Assembly (NCBI GenBank): GCA_951406725.2
Contig: OX597836.1
Location: forward strand, 37,634,001-37,698,000
DNA: 64,000 nucleotides
Origin: Octopus vulgaris
Taxonomy: Eukaryota
Direction of reading: 5' to 3'
The position numbers were made by a program, and so were the translations under genes. Positions 41,882-55,392 of the stretch are shown one piece after another. Position 1 is the first letter of the stretch, and each line of letters starts with the position of its first letter. The notes beneath the pieces are model-generated. The model was not told the DNA's origin. It did not search any database and saw only the letters and a program-made list of their open reading frames with translations.

Positions 41882-42499
41882 TATTTGGAAGATGTGTTAA
41901 AAAAAAGGAGGGGAAGGGAGAAAAGGCAGAGAGAGAAGAAGAAAAAATTGTTTTGTTGGTTAGTTAGTCAGGATGTTTACTCCAAGGGGGATCTAAGATC
42001 TTGGGGAAAAGAATTTAAGTTTTGACCATTTTATAGTGTTACTGAGTGTGTAGTGGAGTGTGTAGTGTATATATATATATATATATCAACAATCAAGGAA
42101 CGGCCATAATAGGCCATTCACCCACTAGAAATAACATCCAAAGTTTCAACCGCAAGTAAAAGTTAATTCTGTAAACCAGGAGAAAATTTAAAAAACATTT
42201 ACCCTGTAATTTCTTATACGATATACCGTTTCATCTGCTGATTAATGGTAAACTAACCCGATTAAATTAAATCAAGCCAATCTTCCACAGGCCCTCAGAT
42301 TCCTCAGTAAGAAATAGCCCAAGTCGGAACAGATATTTTCACGAGGCATTTCTAGTGGGTGAATGGCCTATTATGGCCGTTCCTTGATTGTTGATGTTAA
42401 ACTTAAAAATGGTCTATGACTATTTAATTTTTTCCTACTAGGCCGCTGGTGGCAAAAGAATTCTACAAAATTTTTTTTTTGCCACCCTATATTGATTAA

Positions 42500-42532
<33 letters not shown>

Positions 42533-43286
42533 TACATCTTCACATATATATTTTCTTATATAACAAAGCACTGGCCTGCCAAACCTTCTTAATTCTTCAT
42601 TCTTCATTATTTACTACTAATCCTCTCTCTGCCCAATCACTTAGACTCTACCATTGCACATTTGTCACTCCTTTACCTTTTATTACCCCACCCCATTCCT
42701 TCTATCGTCTTACACTCTAATACTTTTTTCTCTCTATCACCCTTTATCTCCCCACCCCTACTTTCAAATTATCTCCACTGACCACTAGCTGGTACATTTT
42801 CCCTTATCTATACCTTTGTTTTTCTTTTTTCTTTTTTCTTTCTTTCCTTTATTCCCCTCTTCCTGTTTTTTATTTTCTTATTATATCATTTTGTTATTTT
42901 ATTATTTTATTATATTTCTTCTTACTTTCTTCTCCTTATTCTCTCTTTCTTCTCTTTATTTCTCTTCTTTTTCTCTTTCTTCATTCCTCTCTTCCTGTTT
43001 TCGATTTGACCCTACTAATACACTCCTATCTTTAGGTCACTTTAAATAAAACCCTCGATTCAATAACACTGTATATAAGCTATATACTTGGAATGACCAA
43101 TTATAAATACTATTGGATTTTACCCATAAGGTATTGAAATATTATATGTATACCATTCTGCCTAAAAAATGGATCTACAAATGCAATATCCCTACATATC
43201 TCACATCTATTTTCTTTTATTTCCTCCACCTCACTCTATTTTATATCTTATCTAAATTAACTATTTCTTAACCGTCCTCTCACACC

Positions 43287-43334
43287 GTCTCCGATGAAAG
43301 GATATAATAAATATCCTGGAAATACCTGTAAGAC
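43287..43334 (+). ncRNA. Degenerate type I hammerhead-like motif (Penelope-associated)
   Basis: gtct-CCGATGA-a-aggatat/atatcct-gGAAA-tacctgTA-agac: stems I and II intact, core and stem III mutated. Confidence 0.6.
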
Positions 43335-43527
43335 ATATATAAATGTTCTAAAATCTATACAGCCTTGGTCTTTCAACTCATTACGAAAAAAAATTATATA
43401 CACACACACGCTGACATATGACCAACGTTGAACCCCTTATTCACATAATCACCGAACCTGGAACTTAACTACGATCCATCTATAGCACTTATTCAGCATT
43501 ACCTGACAACTTTGGTACTCGTAACCC

Positions 43528-43576
<49 letters not shown>

Positions 43577-44775
43577 TACATACATTGAAGTGTTTTTGGC
43601 TTCCAACATGGTCCGAAACTACATGGATTCTGGTTTCTATGGCTGACGAGATGTGTTTTATGTTGAATTTGTTTGTTTTTCCCTTTGTTTCCACTTCGAT
43701 TTCCACAATACAAACATACATAGGTACACACTTATTTACAAAAGAACGCACACATACATACAAATAATGCATATATTCTTGTATAGAATATGCATTTGTA
43801 TATAGAATATATATTATATTGAAAAAGATTGCGCATTTTGCATGGTTTGTAATGTAATGAGGTTCAGTAAAGTTCGTTGTATGACAAGCAAGCAAGGTGA
43901 TTCTTAAATTGATTCCAATTTATCAATTTGACGATACAAAAAAAAAGGAGTATTTCTTCTCCAGAGAAAAATAATTATTATGAACGTTTCCTATATCTAA
44001 AGCAAAATATGTTTACAAGTATGATCTTCCTTAGTGAAAATCGCCAATAGTTTAAAATGCTGAAAAAGTTACTTTAAATATTACTGAGGGAAAATGGAAA
44101 CCTGATTACAGGGAAGTAACGGAAAAAAATTGAAAGACACATTAACGTGGTCTGGCACGTTGGGCGGAGCATAATACGCGAAATATGATGAAAACGAATG
44201 AGCAAAATAGACGAACCCGACTAAACAACATACAATGATACATTACCTACCAAAATACAGACAAGAAACGTATTTATTATTTATTGTTATTGTCGTGAAT
44301 AGAAATAAGTTAATCACACATTTGAGTAAGAAATTTGACATTGATGGTGGGGGAGAGCTCACTTTTTAAATATTTGCTGATATTTATGGTGTTGCAACTC
44401 ATAAAATGCGTTGGTGATGAATATTTATCAATCTTGACCTAGTTTTTTATTTTATTATTTTATTCTAAGTTGTTTACGTTTATACATACTACCAAACATA
44501 ATAACACATGTTCCAGCTGGGCACATTGTTTTGGAATGGTTTTCTTCACGGGGAGTTCATAAAACTGCAATAAACGTTTATCTTTAAATTTTTGCCAAAG
44601 AAATTCATCATTCTGAAACACAAATATTTCCATTCGAAGTTCTATTCTTTTGTTTCAACATCGACATTAAATGGATTTTCAAACAGGTTAAAAGTTAAAT
44701 TCTGTAGCTTTGAAATCCTTAAATTTGATGCTCATTTCTTTCTTCAACTCATTCAACTTTATAGCAAATGCATAA

Positions 44776-45194
44776 CAGATCATCGTCGACATACGACCTA
44801 TCCGACTTACGACCGATCGATTTTACGACTATTGGCACACCAGCTCCAATAGTCTAATGGGTTTAATTTCTTAGAAATTAACCCCCATCTACGGATGATG
44901 TCAGCTAACAAACGCTTCCTCTACGTTCGGTTATCGATCGCTACTGTTTTGGATGACTATCCTGTTGCGGAAATATCGAGGTAGCCTCATATTTGGTTAT
45001 AAGGTGACTGCTTCAGACGCCGAAATTTTTTACTAACTCCAGTATAATAGTATAATACAGAATTCTGTGTGTGACTTTTACCTGAGAATGAACCTTAAGA
45101 ATGTGATAATATAAAACAAAGCTATGTAGGCCTATAGGCCGGCTAACGACCAGTCTGTCGGAATCAATTGCGGTCGTAAGTCGACGACGACTTG
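44776..45194. mobile_element. Tigger/pogo-like MITE
   Basis: TIRs cagatcatcgtcgacatacgacc / ggtcgtaagtcgacgacgacttg followed by TA. Confidence 0.75.
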
Positions 45195-45618
45195 TATATC
45201 CAGACTCCCTGTCATTGGCTTGCATGGGGAAATGGAAAGCATCACAAGTCCTCAGTTGATTTACCCAAATTTGAAGTTTTATTTTTAAAGTTTGATATGA
45301 AAATGCAACACATAAATGAACTGATTTTGCTTTAACAATCTTAAATTGAGATAATCTAAATGGGTATCTAGGAGAAATGCCAGGACACAAATCTATTATC
45401 TGTCAACCCGGATGCAACTTTACCAGTCATTTCTAAAAAGACACAAGCCTCGTCTTTCAGGCCATAAAACCATTACGTATCATCCCTTGACTGCAAAATA
45501 ATAAATCAGATCTCCAGACTCCTATTCAGCTTGTTTCAAGAACTCTTTCAACTAGTGATTTGAAAAATTTATGTTTGAAACAACTACACGCATAATATTT
45601 ACAGATTTTGCACATATA

Positions 45619-46018
45619 GGCGCAGGAGTGGCTGTGTGGTAAGTAGCTTGTTAACCAACCACATGGTTCCGGGTTCAGTCCCACTGCGTGGCATCTTGGG
45701 CAAGTGTCTTCTGCTATAGCCCCGGGCCGACCAATGTCTTGTGAGTGGATTTGGTAGACGGAAACTGAAAGCCTGTCGTATATATGTATATATATGTGTG
45801 TGTGTGATTGTGTGTCTGTGTTTGTCCCCCTAGCATTGCTTGACAACCAATGCTGGTGTGTTTACGTCCCCGTCACTTAGCGGTTCGGCAAAAGAGACCG
45901 ATAGAATGAGTACTGGGCTTACAAAGAATAACTCCCGGGGTCGTGTTGCTCGACTAAAAAGGCGGTGCTCCAGCGTGGCCGCAGTCAAATGACTGAAACA
46001 AGTAAAAGAGTAAAGAGT
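45619..46018 (+). mobile_element. SINE family B, full length
   Basis: Collinear with 9288-9696. Confidence 0.92.
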
Positions 46019-46302
46019 ATACATTTTCTTGATCAATAATGCAATGAATTGTTATAAAGTCCCTGTTTGCTAATTTCCAAGTTAATTTGTCCTTTAATTT
46101 GGATAGAAAACCTATCATAGGTCCAGTCCTTGCTGGACCCTGTCTATTGCTACATTGACGAGCCTTTCAAGTGGATAATGCAACTTCGTTGTTGCTTTCT
46201 GCACTTCTTCAAAAATGTTACATCCTGTAACAATGTCCTTTATTATCGGAACAGTAGGGAATGCTTCGATGATATTAAATGACTTATCAATACCACATAG
46301 TT

Positions 46303-46375
46303 ACCTCCAAAGCTCAGTGGTTAGAGCACTGGTCTTCTAAACCAGGTGCCATGAGTTCGATCCTGACTGGGGGCT
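46303..46375 (+). pseudogene. tRNA-Thr(TGT)-derived pseudogene with anticodon reading TCT
   Basis: agctcagtggttagagcactggtctTCTaaaccag...gagttcgatcc. Anticodon stem intact, T-stem has two mismatches. Confidence 0.8.
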
Positions 46376-46784
46376 TCTGTAACACATCTACCACAGAGGT
46401 GGCAACTGCAAGGCTGAAACGAGTAAAAGAATATGAAAATTAGTTGTCGAGCTGAATCGGATAGATCTGTGTTTTCCTCGATAGCAAGGGAGACAGAATT
46501 AAATTCTCTCTTTTTTCTGACCGCCTTTCTTCGATATCTTCTGCAGTTCGTTCAACTCGTTTTGTTTTTCTCCTGCGAGACAAGTTAATCTTGTCAAACA
46601 TATTTAACTTTCCTGGGCATAAATGTCAAATCACTACTAAAACACATTCGTTTACGTGTTCTCTGTCGGCATAAATATCTTTTTTTTTATATTTTAATAT
46701 TTAGCAACTTTTTTTGCTTTCTTCGAGGTCTGCGTACTTTTAGAAAAAAAGAAAGATTTTAGGCTTCTAATCTGTTTCTTCTGG

Positions 46785-47069
46785 AGGCACATGACCTAGT
46801 GGTTATAGCTGCGGGTCGTGGTCGAATCTCAGACCGGGCGATGTGTGTGTTTATGAGCGAAACACCTAAGCTCCACGCGGCTCCGACAGAAGGTAATGGC
46901 GAACTTCTGCTGGCTCTTTCACCCACAAACTTTCTCTCACTCTTTCCTCCTGCATCTTGCAGCTCATCTGCGACGGACCGGCGTCCCCTCCAGGTGGGTA
47001 ACCTATACGCCAAGGAAACCGGGAAACTGGCCCTTATGAGCCAGGCATGGCTCGAGAAAGAACAAACAA
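46785..47069 (+). mobile_element. SINE family C, tail variant 2 (V-domain-like segment)
   Basis: Shares head and body with 12798-12990. Tail gcgacggaccggcgtccc...ggaaaccgggaaa. Approximate TSD aatct(g)tttctt. Confidence 0.8.
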
Positions 47070-48449
47070 TCTTTTCTTGAGTACTTCAATTTTTTTCTTA
47101 CTAATATTGTCTTTAAATTAATTGCACCCTGAATCATTTGAAGCATAATGCTGCTTAACATTCATTGTCGTCATGTATCGCACGCGTGGCAGCGTATTGC
47201 TGACACTCCACTGAAAGTCCTCCCGATTAAACGCGAGTTCTCCCATCGGATGACGCTATAGCATTTCTTCGTTCTTATTTTCCCAGAATGTTTTCTTGGC
47301 AGAGATATCAGGAGATTTACCTTTCTCATCTAGATGGCCGTTGGCCCACAAAGGACTCATCCGTCCTTCGACAGGTCTTGTATTTAGTCCTGCTGGGTGT
47401 CCAGACACTCTCCTCTTAAGAGTATCAAATTCCTGAAGTGGGGGAGCCAGTTTTGTCGTCGACTGTCCAACTATAAAATAGGTAGTACTGGTTTGTATGG
47501 TACCAGGAGCAGGTCTCATCAGCCTGTGATAAGATCCCTGACCTGTCTTTACATTAAACTATTTAAAAACGGAGATGGGGACAGATTATATTAAATACAT
47601 TGGTTATTGCTTTTGACTTGAACAAAGAAGTAATCATTTGTTTACTTTTCCTGATATTTTGGGGGTTTTTTTTATTACTTTTTGGTTGACGCCATGAGTT
47701 GTGACATCAAAAAAATCAAACTTAAAAGAATACTTACTAATTTAAGGTTCAGTTTCTGTTTCCTCCAATTACAACGACTTGCGATAATTTAAGGGTAGTA
47801 ACTACACGGGCATGTCGCGTCGCATAACTTTACATACTGAGACGTCAAAAATGAAGTTTTGTCAATCATATTCTAAGACCACTACACGATACGCATGTGT
47901 AGTTACGGTCGCTGGATTAACGCAAAAAGCTTACTTTAAGCTGTGGTAACGAACTGAACATTTATTTCAATAATTTTCATTCGGTGTTGTGTCCTGAGTA
48001 AAGATTCCAATCTAAAGCTCTTGAACGTTTAATTGGTTGTAAATTGATTCATAGACCTTGAAAATTACACAGATGACAGACCATGGTGAATATTATATTT
48101 TTCTGTCTGGTGTATACACAATGCATCAGATATTACTTATAGAGGTTAAATGGACATTTAAAAGTGTTGCTTCTTTGAAACCAGCTTCCCCAATGCTTGC
48201 TGTTTGGAAGAGATTGTAATTAAACAAGTGGGCACGAAATGAAAGAAAGAACATTTTAATGAAACGTTATTTACCTCATCGAATTTCGTATGGAATTTAG
48301 AAAGGTGTAGGGGCCGCAGTTTGGCCAAGACTGGTCTTTAATATGCATCCTGAGCTTCTACAAAACCAGCAGCATGTGTTTATAGTACACACACACTCAC
48401 AAATATATATGTATGTATATATATGTATATCTATCTATCTATCTATCTA

Positions 48450-48539
<90 letters not shown>

Positions 48540-48703
48540 TATATGTATATATATGCATATATATATATATGCATATATATATACATATATATATATATAC
48601 ATATATATATGCATATATATGCATATATATATAACTTTGTAATGCATTACACATAACTGTTGCATATATCAATGGTATGCATTGTGTATGCATGTAATTA
48701 TAT

Positions 48704-48739
<36 letters not shown>

Positions 48740-50073
48740 TGCTTCTACATACTACGTCTATTGTAAACATGTTTCATATGCATCTGCGATATACGTCTAT
48801 ATCGCACATCCATAATGTACGTCTGTAGCATATATTCTACACCTATAACATATTTGTATTTTGAACCTGTATAGCATACAACTACAGTATACTTCTACGA
48901 TATACAAACGTAAAAATACATCAATACTATGCATTTATAGCTCACTATGGGATACGTGTACAGTAAACATAATTTATCATCTCTGTAATATAAGTATATC
49001 ACACACATTTGCAGTATAGTTCCAGTACTCCAATTTTTAATAGCATGCTCGTTCAGTATACATTTAAAACATGCTTCAATAACGATTTTATAATATACAA
49101 CATTAGCAAACTTCTCTAATAGAATTGAAATTTAGTAATACTCATTAGTCATTATCTGTAAGTTACTTATACTTTAAGAATTCTATTGAAGTTCGGTTCT
49201 AAGATATCACATTGCAATGTTTGTGTGTATCATTAATCGACTTATATATGTGAATTTAAAGAGATGTTGTTGTGAAACAAATGCTGCTTTAGGTAGGTTT
49301 CGTGCGCGCATGCGTACATGCACACACTCACATACATACATGTACATACACACCTCCACACACATGTACACGCATATATACATATATGCACTTCCACCCA
49401 CACATAAATACAAAATAAATACAAATAGGTCCATATATATATATATGTGTGTGTGTGTATGTGTGTGTGTGTGTGTGCGTGTGTGTGTGTGTGTGTATTC
49501 TGGGATAGATAAATATTGGTGTGTGTGTATATATATATATTATATATATTAAATATATATGATAGATATGTGTAAGTGTGTATACCACATTCATATATGC
49601 ATATATGTATGTGTGTGTGTGTATGTGTGTGTATGTGTATGTATATATGTATATATATATATACACACATATCAATATATATACATATAACATACACACA
49701 TCTGTGTGTGTACGTGTGTGCGTGTGCGTGTGTATGCGTATTACTGTGCGTGTGTGTGCCCGGGGGGGAGGCGCAGGCTGGTAGGGATTTATTTTAGTTT
49801 CTAGATGTGCATGCACATGTACAATATATATATAACGCATCATTGGTACACTGAACATAAAATGGTGACGGAAAACATTTAATATTCCGGAGAATATGTA
49901 ATGCAGAGAAATATATATTCTTACATTAAAAGAAGCCATGTTAGTATAACTTAATGCTCAGCATTGTCGCATACATTGTTGCGTAGGTAAGAAGTTCGCT
50001 TCACAACCACATGGTTCCGAGTTCAATCGTATTTACTGGGATCGTGAGCAAGTGTCCTCTACCATAGTTTTGA

Positions 50074-50104
<31 letters not shown>

Positions 50105-50105
<1 letters not shown>

Positions 50106-50265
50106 GACAGGTTTCTTTCATTTTCTCTCTACCAAATCCACTCATAAAGCTTGGATCGGCCCGAGACAATAGTAAACGACACTTGTCCAAGGTGCCACGC
50201 AGTGGGACTGAACCCGGAACCATGTGGTTGAGAAGCAAGCTTCTTACCACACAGCCAGGCCTGCA
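50105..50265 (-). mobile_element. SINE family B, head half
   Basis: Reverse complement of the SINE-B head. Confidence 0.8.
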
Positions 50266-51121
50266 TCTATTCGTAAGCAAAAAATTCCTGTCTTTTACAA
50301 GGATATTTTTCATCATTAAAACACTGCTTAATTACGATGATTAATCTTTTTAAAAAAAGTTGATTTTTTTTTATTTTGGTTCTAACCTAACCTTGAAAAG
50401 TACGTTTTTATGAATTTTAAACTTTTGACAAAAATATTGCCAAATCTATGTAAGATTATGTAAGTTCAAGCGATTATAACAAAATATACCAGCCAGTCAC
50501 GTCATAATAACTGTTATGAATGTAATATACTTGTACAAAGGCAGATTCGGTTATAGATACAATTTGTGGGAGGGGCTATAAATGTCATAGTGAGACAGCA
50601 ATTAGGTTGACATAACAACAGAGTGGCTCAAAATGAAAGGATTAAAGAGAAAGGAAGTTGCAATAAACCTCGAGATAAGATCTGTTACGATGTTAAGGTC
50701 ACTAGCGCAGGCAGGTCAAAGGACAAAGCTTGCAGTGAACAATCTGGGGAGAGAGATAAAGATTTAGATTCCAGCAACATCAATTGCAGCGAAAATTCTC
50801 AAAGAGCCATTAATTGGGGAGGAAGTGAGTAAGCCTAAAGGAACATCAAAGAAACATAAAAGAGAAGAAAGAGAAGAGGGAAACAGAGAGAGAGAGAGAA
50901 TCATGAGAAAACGAGTGTAAGGGACAGAAACAAAAATTTACGTATAAAGGAACAGGCTGCGTACATAACGCGAAATTAAGTGAAATACTAAGTCAAACAA
51001 TAGTATTTTTTAAACAATCGGTAAGTGGTTATAAACCCGGAAAAGTGGGAGGATGAAATAAATATTGAAGAAAATGCACACCCACACACATATATACATG
51101 TATATGTGTATTGGTGTACAT

Positions 51122-51207
<86 letters not shown>

Positions 51208-51213
51208 CTGTGT

Positions 51214-51298
<85 letters not shown>

Positions 51299-51432
51299 TG
51301 CGTGTGTGTATCTATATGTATATGTTCTCTTTCTCTTTTTAATTTAGAGTAAATTTTGACCGGCCACCTATTTGGTAGTAAGGTTGTGAAGCAAAGTATC
51401 GTATTTTCTTCTTCATTCTTTAAACTGTGCAC

Positions 51433-52218
51433 TACAAAAGCCAGAGCATCTCAAAGTGATGAACAGAGGTAAGCACAACTGACAAGGAATAGGATCTCCA
51501 CTGCAGAACGAAGAGCAGTTTCAACGGCTCAGAGAAGCAACTTCTAAGAAGCAGCTTTCAATTATGATCCAGCAGTTCATATTGCAGATGATACTAGAGT
51601 CTCCATTAATGCAATGACAAATGAGTACATACATTGTGAAGCAAGGAAGTAACCTGGAGAGACACCTGCACTCTGCTGCAGTAGTGGAAATGTTAAATTC
51701 CCTGCAATCCCCCAACCTCCAGAGCCATTGAAGAAACTGCTGTCATCAACTGGCCAAGATTCCAAGCACTTCCAAACCAAAATTAGACAATACAACGCTG
51801 CACTACAGATAACATCATTTGGAGCCACAAAAGATCTAACTGAGCCAAGATTCATGCAAACTTTCAAGATCCAAGGTCAAATTTAACGTCGGATTGGCTC
51901 TCTTTTACCTCTGTGAAATGAATTACTAAAATCGGCCTTTCATTGCTTATAATCTGTACCTGTTTTTGGGTTAGAAATTAAGCTACACAAAGCATGATTT
52001 TTAATTACGTGTAATTTACTTTATATACATATATGAGTTGAAAACTTTCTTTGAACATTTCACTTAACGTCTATCTTCCATGCTGGCATGGGCTGGAGAG
52101 TTATTAATGTATAAAGTTGGTGTCTCAGCTACGAGCAATTGAGACCTGCGTAATCTAGGCGGCGTTTTTAAATTTCATTGTTCTCTTTAACACGGGCAAC
52201 GCTGGGAATTTCTGCTAG
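51433..52218 (+). mobile_element. Helitron deletion derivative: RepHel N-terminal remnant (51433-51915) plus 3' terminus
   Basis: AAFNYDP...HCEARK*PGETPALCCSSGNVKFP...PPEPLKKLL...SKHF...IRQYN...TSFG...TFKIQGQI*RRIGSLLP. Ends cacgggcaacgctgggaatttctgCTAG|T. Confidence 0.88.
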
Positions 52219-52286
<68 letters not shown>

Positions 52287-52674
52287 TGTCTGTGTGTGTG
52301 TATGTATATATATATGTATATATCACGTATCATGAGTGATGTTTCTGGCATTCTAGTGGGCTTCGGGTCCCTCAGCGCGCGCAGATAAACATACACACAC
52401 TCCAACACACGCACATACAAACACACACACATATAATAACGTATATTAATAACAGTCTCACTCTTTTCCACTTGACTTAAAGTTTCAAGGGCGCGTAGGA
52501 CGCGTCCCACTCATTTTCTCTCTTACTTCTTACTTTTCTGATATCTGGTGACACTGATCCCTCCTACTTGACTACGAAAATATCACTCATATGGAAGGAA
52601 GCCCAACAATTATGTAATAATATATGCAATTTCTACGAAATGCGTTGAAAGCCACTTTCGGTCGTTCATTCATT

Positions 52675-52809
<135 letters not shown>

Positions 52810-52881
52810 ATAGAGAAGGATGTATATATAATCATATCTATATATACATACACACATAATATATATATATATATATATATG

Positions 52882-52941
<60 letters not shown>

Positions 52942-53271
52942 AATAATGGGAAATGGAGACAAACGCACAAGATGTTATTTGAATCATTTATATCACCATA
53001 TCACCGAAATATGTTTCGATAGATGCATTTAAAATAAATGGAAAAGGAAGAATAATGTTGAAAAAAATGCATCAATCTTATCAGGGAGCATATAAACACC
53101 AGTGTTCATCAATAAGTTTTCTTAAAACCCGGTGCTTATTCTATCAGGGTTTTTTTTCTTTTTGCCGAACTGTTAACTAACAGAGACATAAACAAACCAA
53201 CACCAGTCGACAAGATGTGGTGGGACACACAGACACACACACACATACACACACACATATATATATATATG

Positions 53272-53383
<112 letters not shown>

Positions 53384-54622
53384 TATATATGTTTAGCAAA
53401 ATTTAGATTCAGATGAATTTTGTACTTAAGTTAAAGGCACCAGAATTTTGTATGGTATTATCCATATAAATCAAATGGGGGTGACTATAATCAAAATAAG
53501 CAACAAGGATATCCAAGGTAGAGTAGTATAATTGTTTCATGCTACTTCATTTTATTAAACACTGTAAGTATTACATGGATATAATACTTACAGGGTTTAA
53601 TAAAATGAAGTAGCATGAAACAATTGTACTACGCTACCTTGGATATCCTTGTTGCTTATTTTGATACATACATATATATATATATATATATTTATACAAA
53701 GAAAGAGAGAAGAGAGAGAGACCGGCTTCTTTCAGTTTCCGTCAACCAAATACAGTCACAAGGCTTTGGCTGACCCGAAGCTATAGTAGAAGACATTTGC
53801 TCAAGGTGCTTCACAGTGGGACTGAACTCGGAACTATGCGGTTGAAAATGATGTGTTTTTTTATTATTGCAAAGCAATCCCTGCGTGACTATATATATAT
53901 AGTTATGCTCCTAAATTTCGAACTTTCGTTTCGTAGATGAAGAAATATACACCAACGCATTGACACATACTCTGCTTCGTACGTGTTGGTGTGTATGCGT
54001 GCGTGTATACAAGCGTATGCTTGTGTGTTTGCGCGGGCGTGTGTGTATGCGCGTGTTTGTATGCGTGTGTCTGTGCGCGCATGTATGTATGTTCCTGTGT
54101 GTAAAATTAGTATAGATGCTGTGTGTGATTCTGTATAGACGCACGTAAGATCCTATATGCGTGTACAAACAATTGTGAGTACATATGTAATTTAAAGAAT
54201 GTTTTTTAACACCGTCGCAAAATCTGGGTTACGACGCAGGTGCTCCTCAAACTTTTAATGATGATCAAGAAATAGTTGGAAGACTAAACCTAATCCGAAT
54301 GCCGTAGAGTCTTCTCTCGACGTTACTACTTATTAACACATCTGCTCGGCATATGTTAAGTCAGGTTACTGTACATTCACAATGTTAGCTCCCACCTTAC
54401 AATTTTTACTTCAGTTTTAATTTGGTTTTCATAAAATATACAGCTGCATTTCATCAAGTAAATTGTCTTTCATATTTCTCAAAACTAATGCATATACCAG
54501 AAAACTGCTTAAAAACCGGTCTTATAAAAATGTCAACGTTTGACGAAGGATATTACATATGTGTTTGTAAATCTATGTATGAGTGTGCATGTGTGTTTTA
54601 ACATGTAAATTGACATATAGTG

Positions 54623-55046
54623 GCAGGCGTGGCTGTGTGGTAAGAAGTTTGCTTCCCAACCACTAGGTTCCGGGTTCAACCCCACTGCGTCGCCACTTCG
54701 GCAAAGCCTTGTGAGTGGACTTGGTAGATGGAAACTGAAAGAAACCGGTGCTGTATATATATATGTGTGTGTGTGTCTTTGTGTGTGTGTGTATGTATGT
54801 ATATATGTATGCATGTATGTATGCGTGTATGTATGTATGTATGTGTCTTTCTTTCCGTATTTGTCCCTCACAACCGTTGCTGATGTGTTTACGTCCCCCG
54901 TAACTTCTCGGTTCAGCAAAAAAAGAACGTTAGAATAAGTAACAGACTTTACAAATAAATAAGTCCTAGAACCGGCTTATTCAAGGGGTTCTTCAATGGG
55001 TTACTGCAGCATGGGCGCAGTCATATGACTGATACAAGTAAAAGGT

Positions 55047-55050
<4 letters not shown>
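54623..55050 (+). mobile_element. SINE family B, diverged
   Basis: Head, microsatellite and tail are recognisable. Confidence 0.8.
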
Positions 55051-55084
<34 letters not shown>

Positions 55085-55181
55085 ATATATATGCAAATAT
55101 GCGTGTACTTATAATATGTGTGAGTATACATATATACATACAAATATATATATACATGCATATAATATAGATACATAGATA

Positions 55182-55257
<76 letters not shown>

Positions 55258-55262
55258 GTATG

Positions 55263-55306
<44 letters not shown>

Positions 55307-55341
55307 GACGGACGGATATAACGCCCATTATAGTAAGATAC

Positions 55342-55392
<51 letters not shown>

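Larger units (their letters stand above)
44340..47240 (-). pseudogene. hAT (Charlie/SPIN/GTF2IRD2-like) transposase pseudogene split by four insertions; probable 5' TIR at 48310-48333
   Basis: Fragments in correct order: NVKQHY; LCPGKLNMFDKINLSRR...FNSVSLAIEENTDLSDSARQLIFI; VTGCNIFEEV; KLQIWVNQL...HFP; FKDF...LFENPF; MFGSMY. Candidate TIR cagtcttggccaaactgcggcccc. Confidence 0.85.

Noticed and set aside
46303-46375. Functional anticodon-shifted tRNA (Thr body, Arg anticodon)
   Set aside because: T-stem and first acceptor pair are broken, there is no clear poly-T terminator, and it sits as an insertion inside a transposon.
47256-47519. 87-aa minus-strand ORF with an acceptor-like site
   Set aside because: No recognisable domain, and it lies between the hAT transposase start and its probable TIR.
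47740-47775. Resemblance to the 28S rRNA 5' motif GGAGGAAAAGAAAC on the minus strand
   Set aside because: Match is under 20 nt and does not extend.
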